A stretch of 64,000 nt of DNA, taken from positions 7,316,001 through 7,380,000 of the forward strand of contig NC_092680.1 in assembly GCF_964355755.1 (NCBI RefSeq), in the 5' to 3' direction. The notes beneath the pieces are model-generated. The model was not told the origin of the DNA and did not search any database. It was given only the letters and a program-made list of their open reading frames with translations. Shown piece by piece: positions 29,436 through 41,295 of the stretch. This DNA comes from Antedon mediterranea. Taxonomy: Eukaryota; Animalia; Echinodermata. The stretch's first letter is position 1; the number at the start of each line of letters is the position of its first letter. The position numbers were made by a program, and so were the translations under genes.

Positions 29436-31029
29436 TAAGAAATAACACGAATCCAGGATAATGTTGTCTAAGGTATATATTTGGGACTCCCTTTTTCCAT
29501 TTTCTTCTTAGACATAGCACCTATGCCAATTAACAAATTAAAACAACATTTTACTATAGTACTACTACTATCTACTTCTAAAGTATTTTTTCCACATAAT
29601 TTTAAAATAACGGCTTTGGTTCTTTTTTACACCAAATAATCAGTTATTCAGACACAAATTCAAGACTATGCACAGGCTCCTTGTATTTAATAACCAAATT
29701 ACACTTTTTGTATGATTCATAATTGGACAAGGACATTATTTTTGCAATTATTTAAAAACTGAATTCTGAAATATATTATTTAAATAGCTATGGAAGTCCG
29801 ATAATTAGTTAAAAATACTCTAGTGTGCATTATACAATTTACTGCTTATTCTGAAGTGGAAAACGATTTTAGGTTTAGGCACTAAATTTAACTCGCATTT
29901 TTGTCAGGTTGAAGATATGAAATTGTATAAGAGTTATATGCCAGCAATTTGCATTTAGAATTATACATGCAAGGCTATAAATACTTATATAAAACAGGCA
30001 TATGAATAAAATTTGTGTATAGTATTATTGTCAAGAACATTGACGTATATAATTTAATAGCATTATTTCTATAACACAATACAATTTTGATCAATGATTT
30101 GGGATAACAAGCCAACTTAACTTAAATATTCTTCATATTTTTAAATAAACACACAAACAAAGGTGGACGCTGGAATGATACGATAATGAATGTTAACAAT
30201 AGTTTTCATAAACCAAACTTTAAAACCATAATATTTAAAGGATTTCGAACAAAACAAACTAAGATTACTATAAATCAGTGTAGACTTTTATTTTGTTCAA
30301 TCATACCAATATTTCTGTGGCAGATTGTCAAAATTTGACCCAAGAGATTTTGGAGTTGCAAGATTTCAGCATTCAGGGAAACTAATACGTTTAGGTTGAC
30401 AATCACTTTGCTGTGGTGAACTTTCTCTCCTAAATAAACAGATCAAAATTTCAACCCACAATCTCTCTATTATTCGCTTTTTATATTAAAATTCTAGTCA
30501 ACAATTAACATACAAAAAATAATTTTTTCCATTCACAATACTAAGCAGAGATATTTAGCAGCAATTTAGCAATTTGTGTAAAACTTTCTTGCTGGCATAA
30601 CAAGACAACCATTCTGATTTGGATGTACACATGCCACATATATATACTCTATAGAGTTTATTTTAGTCATATTTAACATATCAACATTTATTGTAGGCAA
30701 ATTGAGGTTAAACTCTACCTGATATCTGATCGAGTGATGTGTCATACTGCACATATCTAGTTACCAGAACAATAGTTACGATACAAACTGGATGTAGAAT
30801 GAATTATTGTTTAATACCTGGGTCACCATGCTAACAAACAATGCACATAAATGTAACTTTCCAGCAGAAATGAAGTATATAGAATTGCTTCTTTTTTTAG
30901 AATAGCCAAAATAAATTGTGATGTGAAATGTACACAAGTTCTATAACAAGACACAACTTGATTGTCATACAATAAGTCCAATCACAGATAACAACAGTAT
31001 GTAGCCTACTGTTATTGTTAGTTATATCT

Positions 31030-31272
31030 CTAAACCATAACCTAAAGATTTCTTCCACTAGGTGAATTTGTTCGCATGAATCAAAAGCATCATCTTATAC
31101 ACTTATATTTCATATATTCCATTTCCCTTTCTGTAATTTATTTAAGTATTTCGCTTCAACTAAATAGCACCTATTCAATATTTTAGTGAACAGGCTACTA
31201 TAGCACACTAGCACATTTTCTCTGCGAAAACATTGAATCCATGCAAACTAATTTACCTAGTGGAAACAGGCT
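31030..31272. mobile_element. Harbinger-like MITE (family B), left end degenerate
   Basis: ttccactaggtgaatttgttcgcatg / catgcaaactaatttacctagtggaa inverted pair. Confidence 0.6.
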
Positions 31273-31344
31273 TTAACTATCTTGTCTCATATCATTACAT
31301 CTGATTACTTAACAGTAATTTTTTTTTTTTTATAATATTGGTAA

Positions 31345-31540
31345 AGGCCAACTCAGACAGCGTCGTACGACGAGACCCGAAGAAACACCTTGACTCATCA
31401 GTGCTGTCCGAGTTAAATCAAGAGTCGTCTTGAGATACCGTTTGGCGTAGTTTTTAGGTCGTCTGGATAACTTTAAACACGTTTAATTTTCTCCCGACGA
31501 GATGAGTCGTCTGGCATCTTCGTACGGCGCTGTCTGAGTT
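31345..31540. mobile_element. CpG-rich MITE in USP3 3' UTR
   Basis: Inverted repeats aactcagacagcgtcgtacga / tcgtacggcgctgtctgagtt. Confidence 0.7.
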
Positions 31541-31629
31541 ATAATGATTTAGGTTTAATGACCTCTTTCTTATTGTCTGTTAACCTGACCTGAGTATCCC
31601 TCAACCTTCTTCGCTCGTCGATTGAGATG

Positions 31630-31790
31630 CTATGAAGTACTGAATTCTGTTTGAAGTCTCTCTGCCATTACGAATGAGTCTTTCTCAACAGGTGTGTGAC
31701 TGGCATAGAATAATAGGTATGCCTTGCATTTTAGAATTGTTGATTCTTCTACACATGTCACAGTACTATCATTAAAGCAATACCATTGGC
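31630..31790 (-). CDS. USP3: USP3 coding exon 15 (GQWYCFNDS...AYLLFY...stop)
   Basis: Conserved USP C-terminal box. Confidence 0.93.
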
Positions 31791-34700
31791 CTAAAGTAGG
31801 ACAAAAAAGAGAAGTGTATGAACAGGTTAATTTCCACTTAAGACCAGTTGTGTTGGTTTTTAGTAGTAAAATTGGAAACACAGAAATAAGAGCTATCCTG
31901 AAAAATCTTCTATAATTTATTTATTTATTTATTTATTCAATATATCGTAATCGCAGCACAAGGCTGAATTAAAACAATATTAACATGATAATGTACATAT
32001 CAAAAGGACAAAAATTCGACAAATTTACAAATATAAAAATATAAAGGTACATAATTCAAGAATCGATAAAAAATATACAAAATTGAAAATTGACAAAAAG
32101 TGGCACACAAGCACGCGAGGAGAAATTGCACAGGACGACCAATAGAACAAGAATCATTTGTCATTGAGGAGTTTGGCGAGAAAGGGTATAGCACTTTTGG
32201 CATATCTTTCAGTTTGAGCACGGGGGATGATAAATGTATTTATTTGTAATTTCAGTAGTTATTATCATTTTGTATGTATTTAAAAAAATTCAAATCAATG
32301 AACTATAAACCTTACGTAAGGTGAATTCAGATTTTGAACAATACAAATGTATTATATATAAATATGCATTAATAATAATAATAATAATATCAAATATTTA
32401 TAAAAGCATTCATTACCAGAGTCTCACAGCACAACATCAAAAGAATAGCTATTTAAATAGGCAAGTTTTCTGGATTTTGATTTTTTTCAGATTTGAATTG
32501 AAAAGGGGATGGAGTGTGATAGATGGAATGAGGAAGTTGGTTCCAGAGCTCTGGTGCCTGAGCAAAAAAGCCCTTAGGCACGGATTTAAGGTTGGTTCTA
32601 GGTGGTGTTAACATATGCAAGTTAGCCAAGTGGCAGCTAAAAAATAGTATATTTTCAAATATCAATCATGATGTGGGTGATAGAATAAAAGTAAATACCC
32701 AAACCATTAACAAAACCAAAGCCTAAATAAATACAAAGTACACATACCTTCGTGAAGAGCATAGGCTATATAATGGCCTGTCCCAGCACTAGAACACAAA
32801 TGAAAAATACAATTATAATTAATATAGTATTTTTATAGTTTTCATTTTCACACACAACAGAAATCAATCAAAGTGTTAATATTTACCCAGATCCTTGGTG
32901 GACAACCACAGCTACCAGATCATATAATCCGGGTTTAAAATTTTCACTGTCATCCTCCTTTAAAAAAAATAATAAGTTATTTTCAGTATAGTGTAGCGGT
33001 TAAGACAGCGGAACCATAGTACCTTGCCATATTAACATCGGCAAGGGTTTAAGTCTCACTCGCTCCATGATTCTGGTGGTATAAGGAGTCTTCTTGGATG
33101 AGCACTATAAACCGTAGGTCCAGTGTACACATCTGGCTCATGTGCATTAGTACATTTTTCGAGACTAGTAGGGAGTTACCCTGGTGTAATAGTATACACA
33201 CAGCCACTGTTACACTTATCATAACTCATCAAGAGGGCCCCTTGATTGTCAGCATACGCTGTTTAGGGCTGCCCTCTATAAATAAGGTGAATTTATAAAA
33301 CAGTCAGGGCTAAATAAAGTATAATCAAGACCATCTAGGTATGTTTTCAGATAACTATCTAGACATCAAGTTTTTAGAATTATGCACAAAGATCAAATCC
33401 AGAACCCTATTTAATACTTACCTTATTATGCAATACAAATGAGTTTATATCAAGGTTCTTCAATGGAAAACGAACATATGTATCAATTTTACTCCTCAGA
33501 TAACTGTTCCAATGAAATCGTTTTAGATGTAGACATAGAACCTGCAAAAAACATGTAAGCAATTATTATTATTCAAACCATGAACGAAATATTCCCTGAC
33601 TTCCAAATACAGTTGAACACCTCCTTTGGGACACCTCTATGACGGGGACACTTTTAAGTAAAATGAATTCAGAGCAATAATGTATGGTTTAATGCTTCCA
33701 ATCAACCCCTATTAGGGGGACACTTTGTTGCATACTGAGGGTGCCCCCTTAATGAGGGCTGTACTATATGTCATAGTCATTGTTATTACTTACTACAGAG
33801 TAAGCGTGTAAGTAAGTAAAGTGTCCAAAAATGGTTGTGATATGGCCAAATATGGGAGTGATATGGGCACACATTTTTGTCACATAAAGTTTGATAATGT
33901 TGACAGAGCTTTAGTTTCCTAGCCAGTTCAGTGGTCTAGAGGCTTGAGCCCCCTGTGTTTGTGTGGAAGTCCACCATGAGAGAAACATTTTCAAATGTGC
34001 ACAGAGAATATTGTACAAGCACTATGTGACGTCACAACTGTACTGGACACCCTTGGACTGGTCTAATAGTAAGAAAGTATTTATGGCGTTTTGGGATATC
34101 TATTTGCTATATAAGGATCACTTGTTAAAACAACATGTTCTGTCTTTATTATTGTACATACATTAGGTAGACACCGTAACCAGAATTTCTTAGTTGAAGG
34201 CCTTCTCTTTTTACATTCTGTACACATGTAATGTTCAGAATCTGCTAACTCTTCTTTTTCTGTGAAACTTTGTATACAATCTGGCAAAAATAAAAAAACA
34301 TTTTGTCCAACATTAAACAATACATAAAACTGCGGCCAAGCTATGTTGATTGGTGTAAGCAGAGGTCTCAACAACAACAAAATATATCAGGAGAATCTAT
34401 GAAAGCATGACCAAAGAAGAGGGTGCTACAACATTTTTTGAAAATATACAAAACAAATTAAATAAACAAATCTTAAGTTTTGCAAATAAGGAAAAGCTAT
34501 TTTTCGTCCTAGTTAAAAAACTATGTCCAAGTATTAAATACATTTAAACATTATATGGTAATCAGGAGACTTGGGAGGTGTGTAAAGCTCTGTCTAAATT
34601 AGTTTGTGTGTTCACCCAAATATGCTAGTGATATGTCCAAATATGGTAGTGATATGACATCATCATGTCAATATATGGTCATGTCACTTTTTTGTCACAT

Positions 34701-37700
34701 AAAGTTTGATAGCGTAGACAGAGCTTAAGAACAATTAGTAATAATACAATTACCTTCCAGATGGCATACTGTAGAGCCTTCTTTAGATTTCGAGCTTCTT
34801 GTTCGGAATTTGACAGGAATGTCTATGGACAGATCTACACAAAATAGAAACAATTAATTTGAAATGATGCTTACAATATTAGTACATACAAACTATAATA
34901 CTAAGGGCAGATACCTTCCCCAGTCTAGTTTTCAAATTTATTTTGAGAGCACTCAGAGAGCACAAACCTCCACCTAGGAATATGAAAATTTATTGACATG
35001 TTCCCATACAGCTGCAGTATCCTTTAAAATATTATTCCAATCAGGAAATACCTTTTGAGAAAGAAAGAAACAAAAACACACACATGCGATTGATAACATT
35101 TTTTTTGGCGGAGGTAATAACAATAATAAACAACAATGTTGCTTGTACTTTTGTACTTTACCTAAAAATGGATCAATTTTTTTGAATACAGAACTGCACT
35201 TTAAACACACAACTTCACTAAGCAGAAGTCCACCAAATATCAACGTCACTATAGTGCTCTTGCCGTTACTAGGTTTCCAGTGCGTACTAGGGCAGGGTGC
35301 CCCCTGTAGTTCAGTGTGCAGTCTATCAAGTAAATATCGCATGAACTCATGGGCATCTTGTTGCTGATAACCTCTGAAATAAATATTTTTTGTTAAAATA
35401 TTTTAAAAATCTCAATTTAGACATATATTGCCAGTTAAGTTATTACATCCATTCATGAATAGAACGTGAATTAAATTTTGATATTAAATACCAGCAGAGG
35501 TAGAAAAAGTAGAAATTACCTAAAACGAGGAAATAGTTTTGACATAATTGTAAATAATTCTTCAGGTGAGATTGCCATTTCTCCGCTTCGCCATAAAGAA
35601 CACAGTGTTTTGCGTATTTCTTCTGCTAATGACCTAAATTAAACAAGAACAAATAACAGACATTATATAACACCTATATAAATTCCTGTCATTTGATTGG
35701 ACGAATGTGGGTCACATGGCGTGCAATAGTACGCACTATTCAACGATCGTATTGAATCTGAATGAAATGTTACACTAAACTTAATAAATGAAAAACCACT
35801 GATTATTACATGGTCAGATAAATGACATTTTAAAAATTTATTTTTTGTCCAACAGCAAACAACTTGGCAATCACGGGATGGATAATTTATTTAGGCTTAG
35901 GGAGTGGAGTAGGAAGAGGTCGGAATTGAACCCTAGACCTTGGGAGGACAGAGTTGCTGCTACTACTTACAAATCATCCTGCTTCAGATTACGTGTATTA
36001 TATACTCTTTTTCCGGCAGACTTGCCACTGCGTAACTCCACTGCTGGTAATTGTTTGAAGTAGCCGCAGAAGTCTTGAATGTTACTGGGAAATAAATATG
36101 CAATAGCAAAATATGATAATTAAAATGCAGGTTTTAAACATCATGTTTATTCATGTAGTGACAGGAAGTGCTTCCTTGATCCAGTTTTGTGAGATTCTAG
36201 GCAAAAACCAATGACACAAAATGCAAAGGTCATCATAAATCGAAAGCTTCTATTAGAAGGAATTATTAGACAAATATTTAACTCAAATCTCTTCTGCAAT
36301 GTGTAATCCCACTTTGAACAGCACCACCAAGGGTTCGAAAGACACCATTATAACATTATTATCTGATTATTAATTACTAATTAAGATTTTAGCTGTTATC
36401 ACATTTAGGCTTACCTCAATGACTGTAATACAGCATTCATGAAACATGTGTTACCAAGGTTTCGAAGTCCAGGAAACTTAGCCTTCACCTAATGAGGATT
36501 ATCAGTTTATTGATAAAATTAATTTGTTTTATTTTATGTCTTTAGGCAAGGATTGTGGCCAAGTATTACCAATAGTAAATATTAATCATTCATCTATTAG
36601 ATAGGTGCTAATCTCCCTGATACTGGGATTTTTTAAATTTTGAGTAACCCCCTACGAATGATGATCTGGGTTCTTTAACAGTTATAACCCGTGTCCTTCA
36701 CAGATTACAACTGTGTACACTGGACCTACAGTTTATAGTCCTTATCCGAGAAGACTTGTTCCACCACCAGAACTAGGAGCGAGTAGGCCTCGAACCCATG
36801 CTGATATCGTTGGCTCTTTAGGTATGGCAAACGGCGCTCCTGCCATAACCACTTGGCCATTTGACTCGCTAAAATAGCATGTTAAACAACAATTGCATGT
36901 ATGTAATTATACAATTACATAGCAGTGACAGACCCACATGGGAGATGAGAAAGGGTTATAGGTATGTATAAAATATAAAACTAATAGGACTTATGACATA
37001 ATTAAAACCTAGAGGCTTCCCAGACAATGCAACAGCTAAGCCTTACGGAATTAGAAGTAATACGTTTACGTGGAGGCTGATTCTCTTCGCAAGACTCGGC
37101 ATCTCGTTTTGCTTTCCGATCATGTAAAGCACTAGAAAATAAAAAATTGTGGCCACATTATGACAACTTATGTAGATACCATTTTAATTGAAATCAACAA
37201 ACTAATAACTCGCAAATTGATGTATAAAATATTACCTATTGACCTCTTGAAGGTATGATCTTATCTGTTGTATTCCTCCTGTTTTAGTGTCATTCACAAC
37301 AAATTCATCACATTTATAACTGCAATATAAAAAATATTAATTAAAAAATATTGAATAGAATTTAAGAAGTGAAATTATGTAAACACAAGATATACAAAAT
37401 AAAATGATTTATTTATTTACATGTACAGTACCCCAAAACTCCGGAGACAGTATTTACGATTTTACTTTAAAACTCCGGGTTGCTGGATGGGAGTCTCGCG
37501 GTTCTGAATGGTCACAAACCCTGGAGTGTCTCCAGAGATCACTGCAGAGTTTGATGTGAAAGGGTTTAGTTTGGTATTTAGTATCCAGCTTCTTACTGAA
37601 AATATTGTCCCCATCTAACAAATCCAAAACGTACAAATGTTTGTTTTTATAGAATTTGTCGGCAGAGTAGAGCAGTTATAGAATACGCACACTACATTGT

Positions 37701-39065
37701 GCATTCATTACAAAAAGCTGAACGTCCAATGCACCCCCACTTGTGAGAATGGAAGAGTATAATGCACAGCATGTGACACAAAATCATCCAATCAAACGGT
37801 AAAGATTTGTGACATGTAACCAAAGACATACCAAAATACAGAATAGTTGTCACAGCTTATGCAGATTGGATGTGTTACATCTTCACAGTGATTTTTGGAA
37901 TGTCCATTTACATATCTGAAAATAAATCATTTAATTTTATATTCATATTGTAAGAGAGACTGCTTACAACATGCTTGCTCATTTTACAAATGTTTGATAT
38001 TGCATGTAGGCCTATCCATATACAATGACCAGAACCGCTATCAGAGTTTCAACCTTGTACAGGGGCAGATCCACATTGTTAAAATAGGGGTGGGGGAGGG
38101 GTGCCAGAAGACCAGACACTAATTACTTGTGCTACAGGCCTGTTGTAAACACATGTTAATTCATTTTTATATAATTTGTGTGTATTATTTCAATGTGGAG
38201 AGCCTCTTGACTGTCCTTTTTTATAACATCTAGATATTCACTGACTGACTTTAAATTTGTCTTTGTTATGATGTATGTATTATTATAATTGATAATAATA
38301 ATATAATATACAGCTATAATAAACAATATACAAAACATCTGGGCATTGGCAATAATCTTAAAACCTTCATTAAAGATCTAGAAGTGAACTTGTTAGAGGT
38401 TGTCTGTAGATGGTTTACAGCAGAGAGCAATTCAGATTACATGGCTGCAGTGTATCTATTGTTTCAAACAAATGAACGTGGCACCAGGATAGGTCCTGCA
38501 TTACACTACTACTTTGTTTAGTTATTGTACCTTCCACAGCCTACTTGGCAGCAGGTCACACACATCCATGGGCTCTTGTTTGATCTGCAAACTTTGAAAA
38601 ATATAACACTGTGTTTAGTAATAATTGTGAATAGTTGTTCAAAATAATAATTTCTTTGGTAATTTGGGATTGTGAACCTACAGTAAAGAATATTAAAGTT
38701 TGTTTATACATTGAAAAATATAATTCAATCAATATTTCTCATATTTTCTTGATAATGGAAGAAATCAAGATGGGATGATCCCAGGTCAAGATTGTCATTG
38801 TGTGATTTTTGACTACCTAGAGCGCTTTATGAAGTGCATTGCACAGGAAAACTGGTTTGTGATACAAGGATTTTTTTAGGTAGGGTTAATGTGGGTGGCT
38901 TTCCAACTAAGACCTTTCCTAATTTGATTGTTGAATCCGTCAGTATTATATCTATATCTTATACTAACCAGAACAAGTCCAATTCTGAATATTTTCAGTC
39001 TTGATTTTTTTGTTGCAGACAAATTCATATCCCTTTACATAATTCAACACATGGGGACATTCCAT
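31630..39065 (-). CDS. USP3: Ubiquitin carboxyl-terminal hydrolase 3 (ZnF-UBP + USP domain), 15 coding exons
   Basis: N-terminus MECPH...CSVCRSNKSPWMCVTC...CGRYVNGH...CDEFVVNDTK; Cys box GLRNLGNTCFMNAVLQSLS; GYQQQDAHEFMRYLLD; His box VVHQGSGAGTGHYIAY; WYCFNDS; all GT-AG with consistent phases. Confidence 0.96.
31915..32230 (-). mobile_element. 5'-truncated LINE 3' end (CR1/L2 group, Daphne/Crack-like)
   Basis: Minus strand 32228->32155 reads IPRAQTERYAKSAIPFLAKLLNDK*, resembling LINE ORF2 C-termini, then a 3' UTR, short hairpin cagc..gctg and (aata)n tail. Confidence 0.65.
32400..32640 (-). mobile_element. L2/CR1 LINE ORF2 C-terminal fragment
   Basis: LTPPRTNLKSVPKGFFAQAPELWNQLPHSI...FQFKS resembles the PRT.LKS...AP.LWN.LP motif of L2 elements. 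Confidence 0.7.
32748..32788 (-). CDS. USP3: USP3 coding exon 14 (AGTGHYIAYALHE, catalytic His)
   Basis: His box; AG/GT. Confidence 0.93.
32887..32957 (-). CDS. USP3: USP3 coding exon 13 (YDLVAVVVHQGSG)
   Basis: Conserved motif; AG/GT. Confidence 0.92.
32989..33296 (+). mobile_element. tRNA-derived SINE with Deu/Nin-like domain
   Basis: tRNA-like head then cttggatgagcactataaaccgtaggtcc...ttcgagactagtagggagttaccctggtgt resembling the DeuSINE core; four copies in window. Confidence 0.8.
33422..33541 (-). CDS. USP3: USP3 coding exon 12 (VLCLHLKRFHW...YVRFPL)
   Basis: Conserved LHLKRF motif. Confidence 0.95.
33610..33765. mobile_element. Degenerate pogo-like MITE
   Basis: ta|cagttgaacacc start, repeated gggacac motifs, imperfect inverse end. 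Confidence 0.5.
33821..33910. mobile_element. Harbinger-like MITE family A (truncated)
   Basis: One TIR plus internal motif. Confidence 0.7.
34162..34280 (-). CDS. USP3: USP3 coding exon 11 (DCIQSFTEKEEL...YMCTECKKR...LPN)
   Basis: Zn-ribbon CxxC, conserved. Confidence 0.95.
34586..34725. mobile_element. Harbinger-like MITE family A
   Basis: TIRs with TAA on both sides. Confidence 0.8.
34754..34834 (-). CDS. USP3: USP3 coding exon 10 (DLSIDIP...CHLE)
   Basis: Conserved DLSxDIP. Confidence 0.93.
35162..35373 (-). CDS. USP3: USP3 coding exon 9 (GYQQQDAHEF...KIDPFL)
   Basis: QQDAHEF box. Confidence 0.95.
35520..35633 (-). CDS. USP3: USP3 coding exon 8 (SLAEEIRKTLCSLW...FPRFR)
   Basis: Conserved; AG/GT. 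Confidence 0.93.
35971..36084 (-). CDS. USP3: USP3 coding exon 7 (NIQDFCGYFKQLPAVELRSGKSAGKRVYNTR)
   Basis: USP3-specific segment. Confidence 0.95.
36415..36488 (-). CDS. USP3: USP3 coding exon 6 (Cys box)
   Basis: GLRNLGNTCFMNAVLQSL. Confidence 0.96.
36645..36870 (-). mobile_element. tRNA-derived SINE with Deu/Nin-like domain
   Basis: Reverse copy with A box tggccaagtgg and B box ggttcgaggcc. Confidence 0.8.
37047..37131 (-). CDS. USP3: USP3 coding exon 5 (basic linker, DRKAKR...PPRKR)
   Basis: Phase-compatible exon with NLS-like basic clusters. Confidence 0.85.
37236..37319 (-). CDS. USP3: USP3 coding exon 4 (YKCDEFVVNDTK)
   Basis: ZnF-UBP end. Confidence 0.94.
37832..37915 (-). CDS. 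USP3: USP3 coding exon 3 (YVNGHSKNH...HPICISC)
   Basis: ZnF-UBP. Confidence 0.94.
38531..38591 (-). CDS. USP3: USP3 coding exon 2 (CRSNKSPWMCVTCCQVGCGR)
   Basis: ZnF-UBP. Confidence 0.95.
38969..39065 (-). CDS. USP3: USP3 coding exon 1 (MECPHVLNYV...WTCS)
   Basis: MECPH start as in vertebrate USP3; g|gttagt donor. Confidence 0.93.
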
Positions 39066-39541
39066 CTCCAACAAAACAAATACTCAAATTTAAATGAAAT
39101 GTATTATTGTGTATGTCCACTGGATTGATCTTCCTACAGTCCTAAAAAATGAGAAAAATAATTTTTCCAATTTTTAGCTAAAAAAAAAATTAGCATTATC
39201 TTTTCCTTCCTATTTATTTCACTGCTCACGGTCACACAAACAACAATAATGATCCATCAATCCTAAACGTCTAGCCTAGCTAGCTGATACTTAGCCTACT
39301 ACTATCCTCAATAAAAACAGTACTTAAGTTATTCATCTGCTAAAATAACCAGCAAATGGGGTGACGCCACGCCCCAACGATAGTGTTTACGTTGCACTAT
39401 TAAATTAGGCTAGCCGGTGTATTTTACTATAGTAAATTACTGGGTATCTGCCACACGTTCAAAGTGGAAAACGTAGAGCAGTCAGTGCGGAAATCAAAAT
39501 TCTAAATTGATTCCCTTTATTTAATTCTAGCCTATCTATAC

Positions 39542-39750
39542 CTGCCGCAAAAACGCTCGTCAGATCTAGATTCAAATGTGGTATTCGGATTGTGATTTAC
39601 TTATAAAGGAATGTCTGTAAAGTAAAATGAGAGTTTATTCGCCTAAAAAGTTAAAAACAATGCTTTTTCGAGTTGGGGGTTCACCACATGCACGACGACG
39701 ACACAATAAGCTCCAAAAACCCATTCAACCCATCACACCACAATTGGGCC
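39542..39750 (-). other. USP3: Putative non-coding first exon (5' UTR) of USP3
   Basis: cag|gtatag donor at 39542/39541, CpG-richer sequence, CCAAT boxes just upstream, acceptor candidates near 39134-39142. Confidence 0.45.
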
Positions 39751-41137
39751 TACATCAACCGAACCAATATATAACGCGCAACGGGATTGGTTAAGAAGAT
39801 TACTATGTTGTTTACAATTCAATATTGGTGGCGCTAAACAACAAAGTCCCAAAACAACTAAATACAACTTAAAATACCTGCCTACATTTCTAAACTTTTT
39901 TCTGAGAATAAACAATCTGTTTTAAAGATGTATTGTCCCTTGAAACACAAAAAATGAAGATCAAAATATTCTAAATTTAAATTGGCAATATCAAAGTCGT
40001 AAAATATTAAAGTTATTCACTAAGTCAAAATTTAGAGCCAAAAACAACAAGTTTACGCAATTAACAGGTAAATTAATTTGATTAAAATCGTCGCGAGCGA
40101 AAGTAAACACTGATTTCAAAGGTATGCATTTAATATGCCTGATGCTAATTAGGATTGTTTACGACTCGTCGCGTTGCATTATGAGATATGTTTTGATCGA
40201 AAACTTTGACTGGAATGTCAAAGTTATTTTTTGAACAAAAAAACGTATTTCAGCTAAATTAATTTTTTTTGACTAATTTTTGGTGAAAGTTAATAACTAT
40301 TATGATACTTCAAAATGACCCACTTTTTTTCGAAATCTTTGTTTTAAACATTTTTTTTGAATTAGTCAAAGGGACAATACATCTTTAAACATCCTCTAAA
40401 AATAAATACACTTATCTAATTTATCTTCCAACGTGCGTGATCTCAAAATAAAACAGATTTATTTTCTGAGAAAAAAACAATTTTTACTAAAATTGCGAGT
40501 GCACGTTTGTCTGAAAATATTTTGTATATTTATTATTACATTAATGTTTTATTAATATTCTATATTTTCTTTAATGAATGATTTTTTTTACTGGGACATT
40601 GGTACATTCGTTTTGTATTATATTCAATATTCAAACACAAACCTATGAACTTCATGAACAATAATTGCGTTTGAACCTGGATGAATAATATTGGTGGAGC
40701 TATTTACGACAATTATTTGACATTAAACCAATTGCACTGCTACTGCCGACGACGATAATTAACAAATATTAATTATTATAATGAAAATCAAAATTATACT
40801 AATTATGTTTTGGATATAGGCCTATATTATGGGAATATAGGTACTACATTTTAATACTATACATAGAACGGCGGTTGAGTTACCTACAACGTGATAATAG
40901 CTTTTACATACTTTATTTTATTACACTTGATGTTACCATTTTTTACCTATTTTTAATTCAAATTACGTTTTGATATAATTTGATATTGTTTTTTTTCTAT
41001 AAAAACAAGAGCGCGGTATTTTCAAAGGGTCAAGGATTGACCCGTTCTCATTATATACGGAAGCAGCTTATAGTCACATGACCTATTTTACGCTATTTCA
41101 TTGGCTGTAAAGCGACCCCCTGCCATAATAGCTGAAA
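39750..41137. promoter_or_regulatory. Divergent promoter region USP3/CRTC
   Basis: Head-to-head genes; CCAAT motifs at 39764, 39786, 39823, 41100; ETS-like CGGAAG 41058; GTCACATGAC E/M-box 41073-41082. Confidence 0.55.
39926..40384. mobile_element. Kolobok-like MITE, intact ends
   Basis: TTAA on both sides (39922-25, 40385-88); TIR agatgtattgtccctt / aagggacaatacatct. Confidence 0.85.
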
Positions 41138-41181
41138 ATGACAACATCTCGGCTACATTGCAAGTCGATGGAATAGACAAA

Positions 41182-41295
41182 ATGACATCCAGCCCGCGTA
41201 AATTTAGTGAGAAAATTGCCTTACATGCTCAAAGGCAGGCTGAAGGAAATGCTGCCTTTGATAAAATAATGAAAGATGTATCTAATATTAACAGG
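41182..41295 (+). CDS. CRTC: CRTC exon 1 (CREB-binding domain)
   Basis: [15 protein letters not shown]; gg|gtaagt donor. Confidence 0.96.

Noticed and set aside
37650-37790. Possible intronic H/ACA snoRNA in USP3 (hairpin followed by ACA on minus strand)
   Set aside because: No clear H box or first hairpin by eye; needs a covariance-model search
39542-39590. PHLN-containing frame as USP3 first coding exon
   Set aside because: No ATG after an in-frame stop; the true MECPH start is at 39065
41101-41181. N-terminal extension of CRTC in the ORF track
   Set aside because: Starts at TTG; the conserved start is ATG 41182
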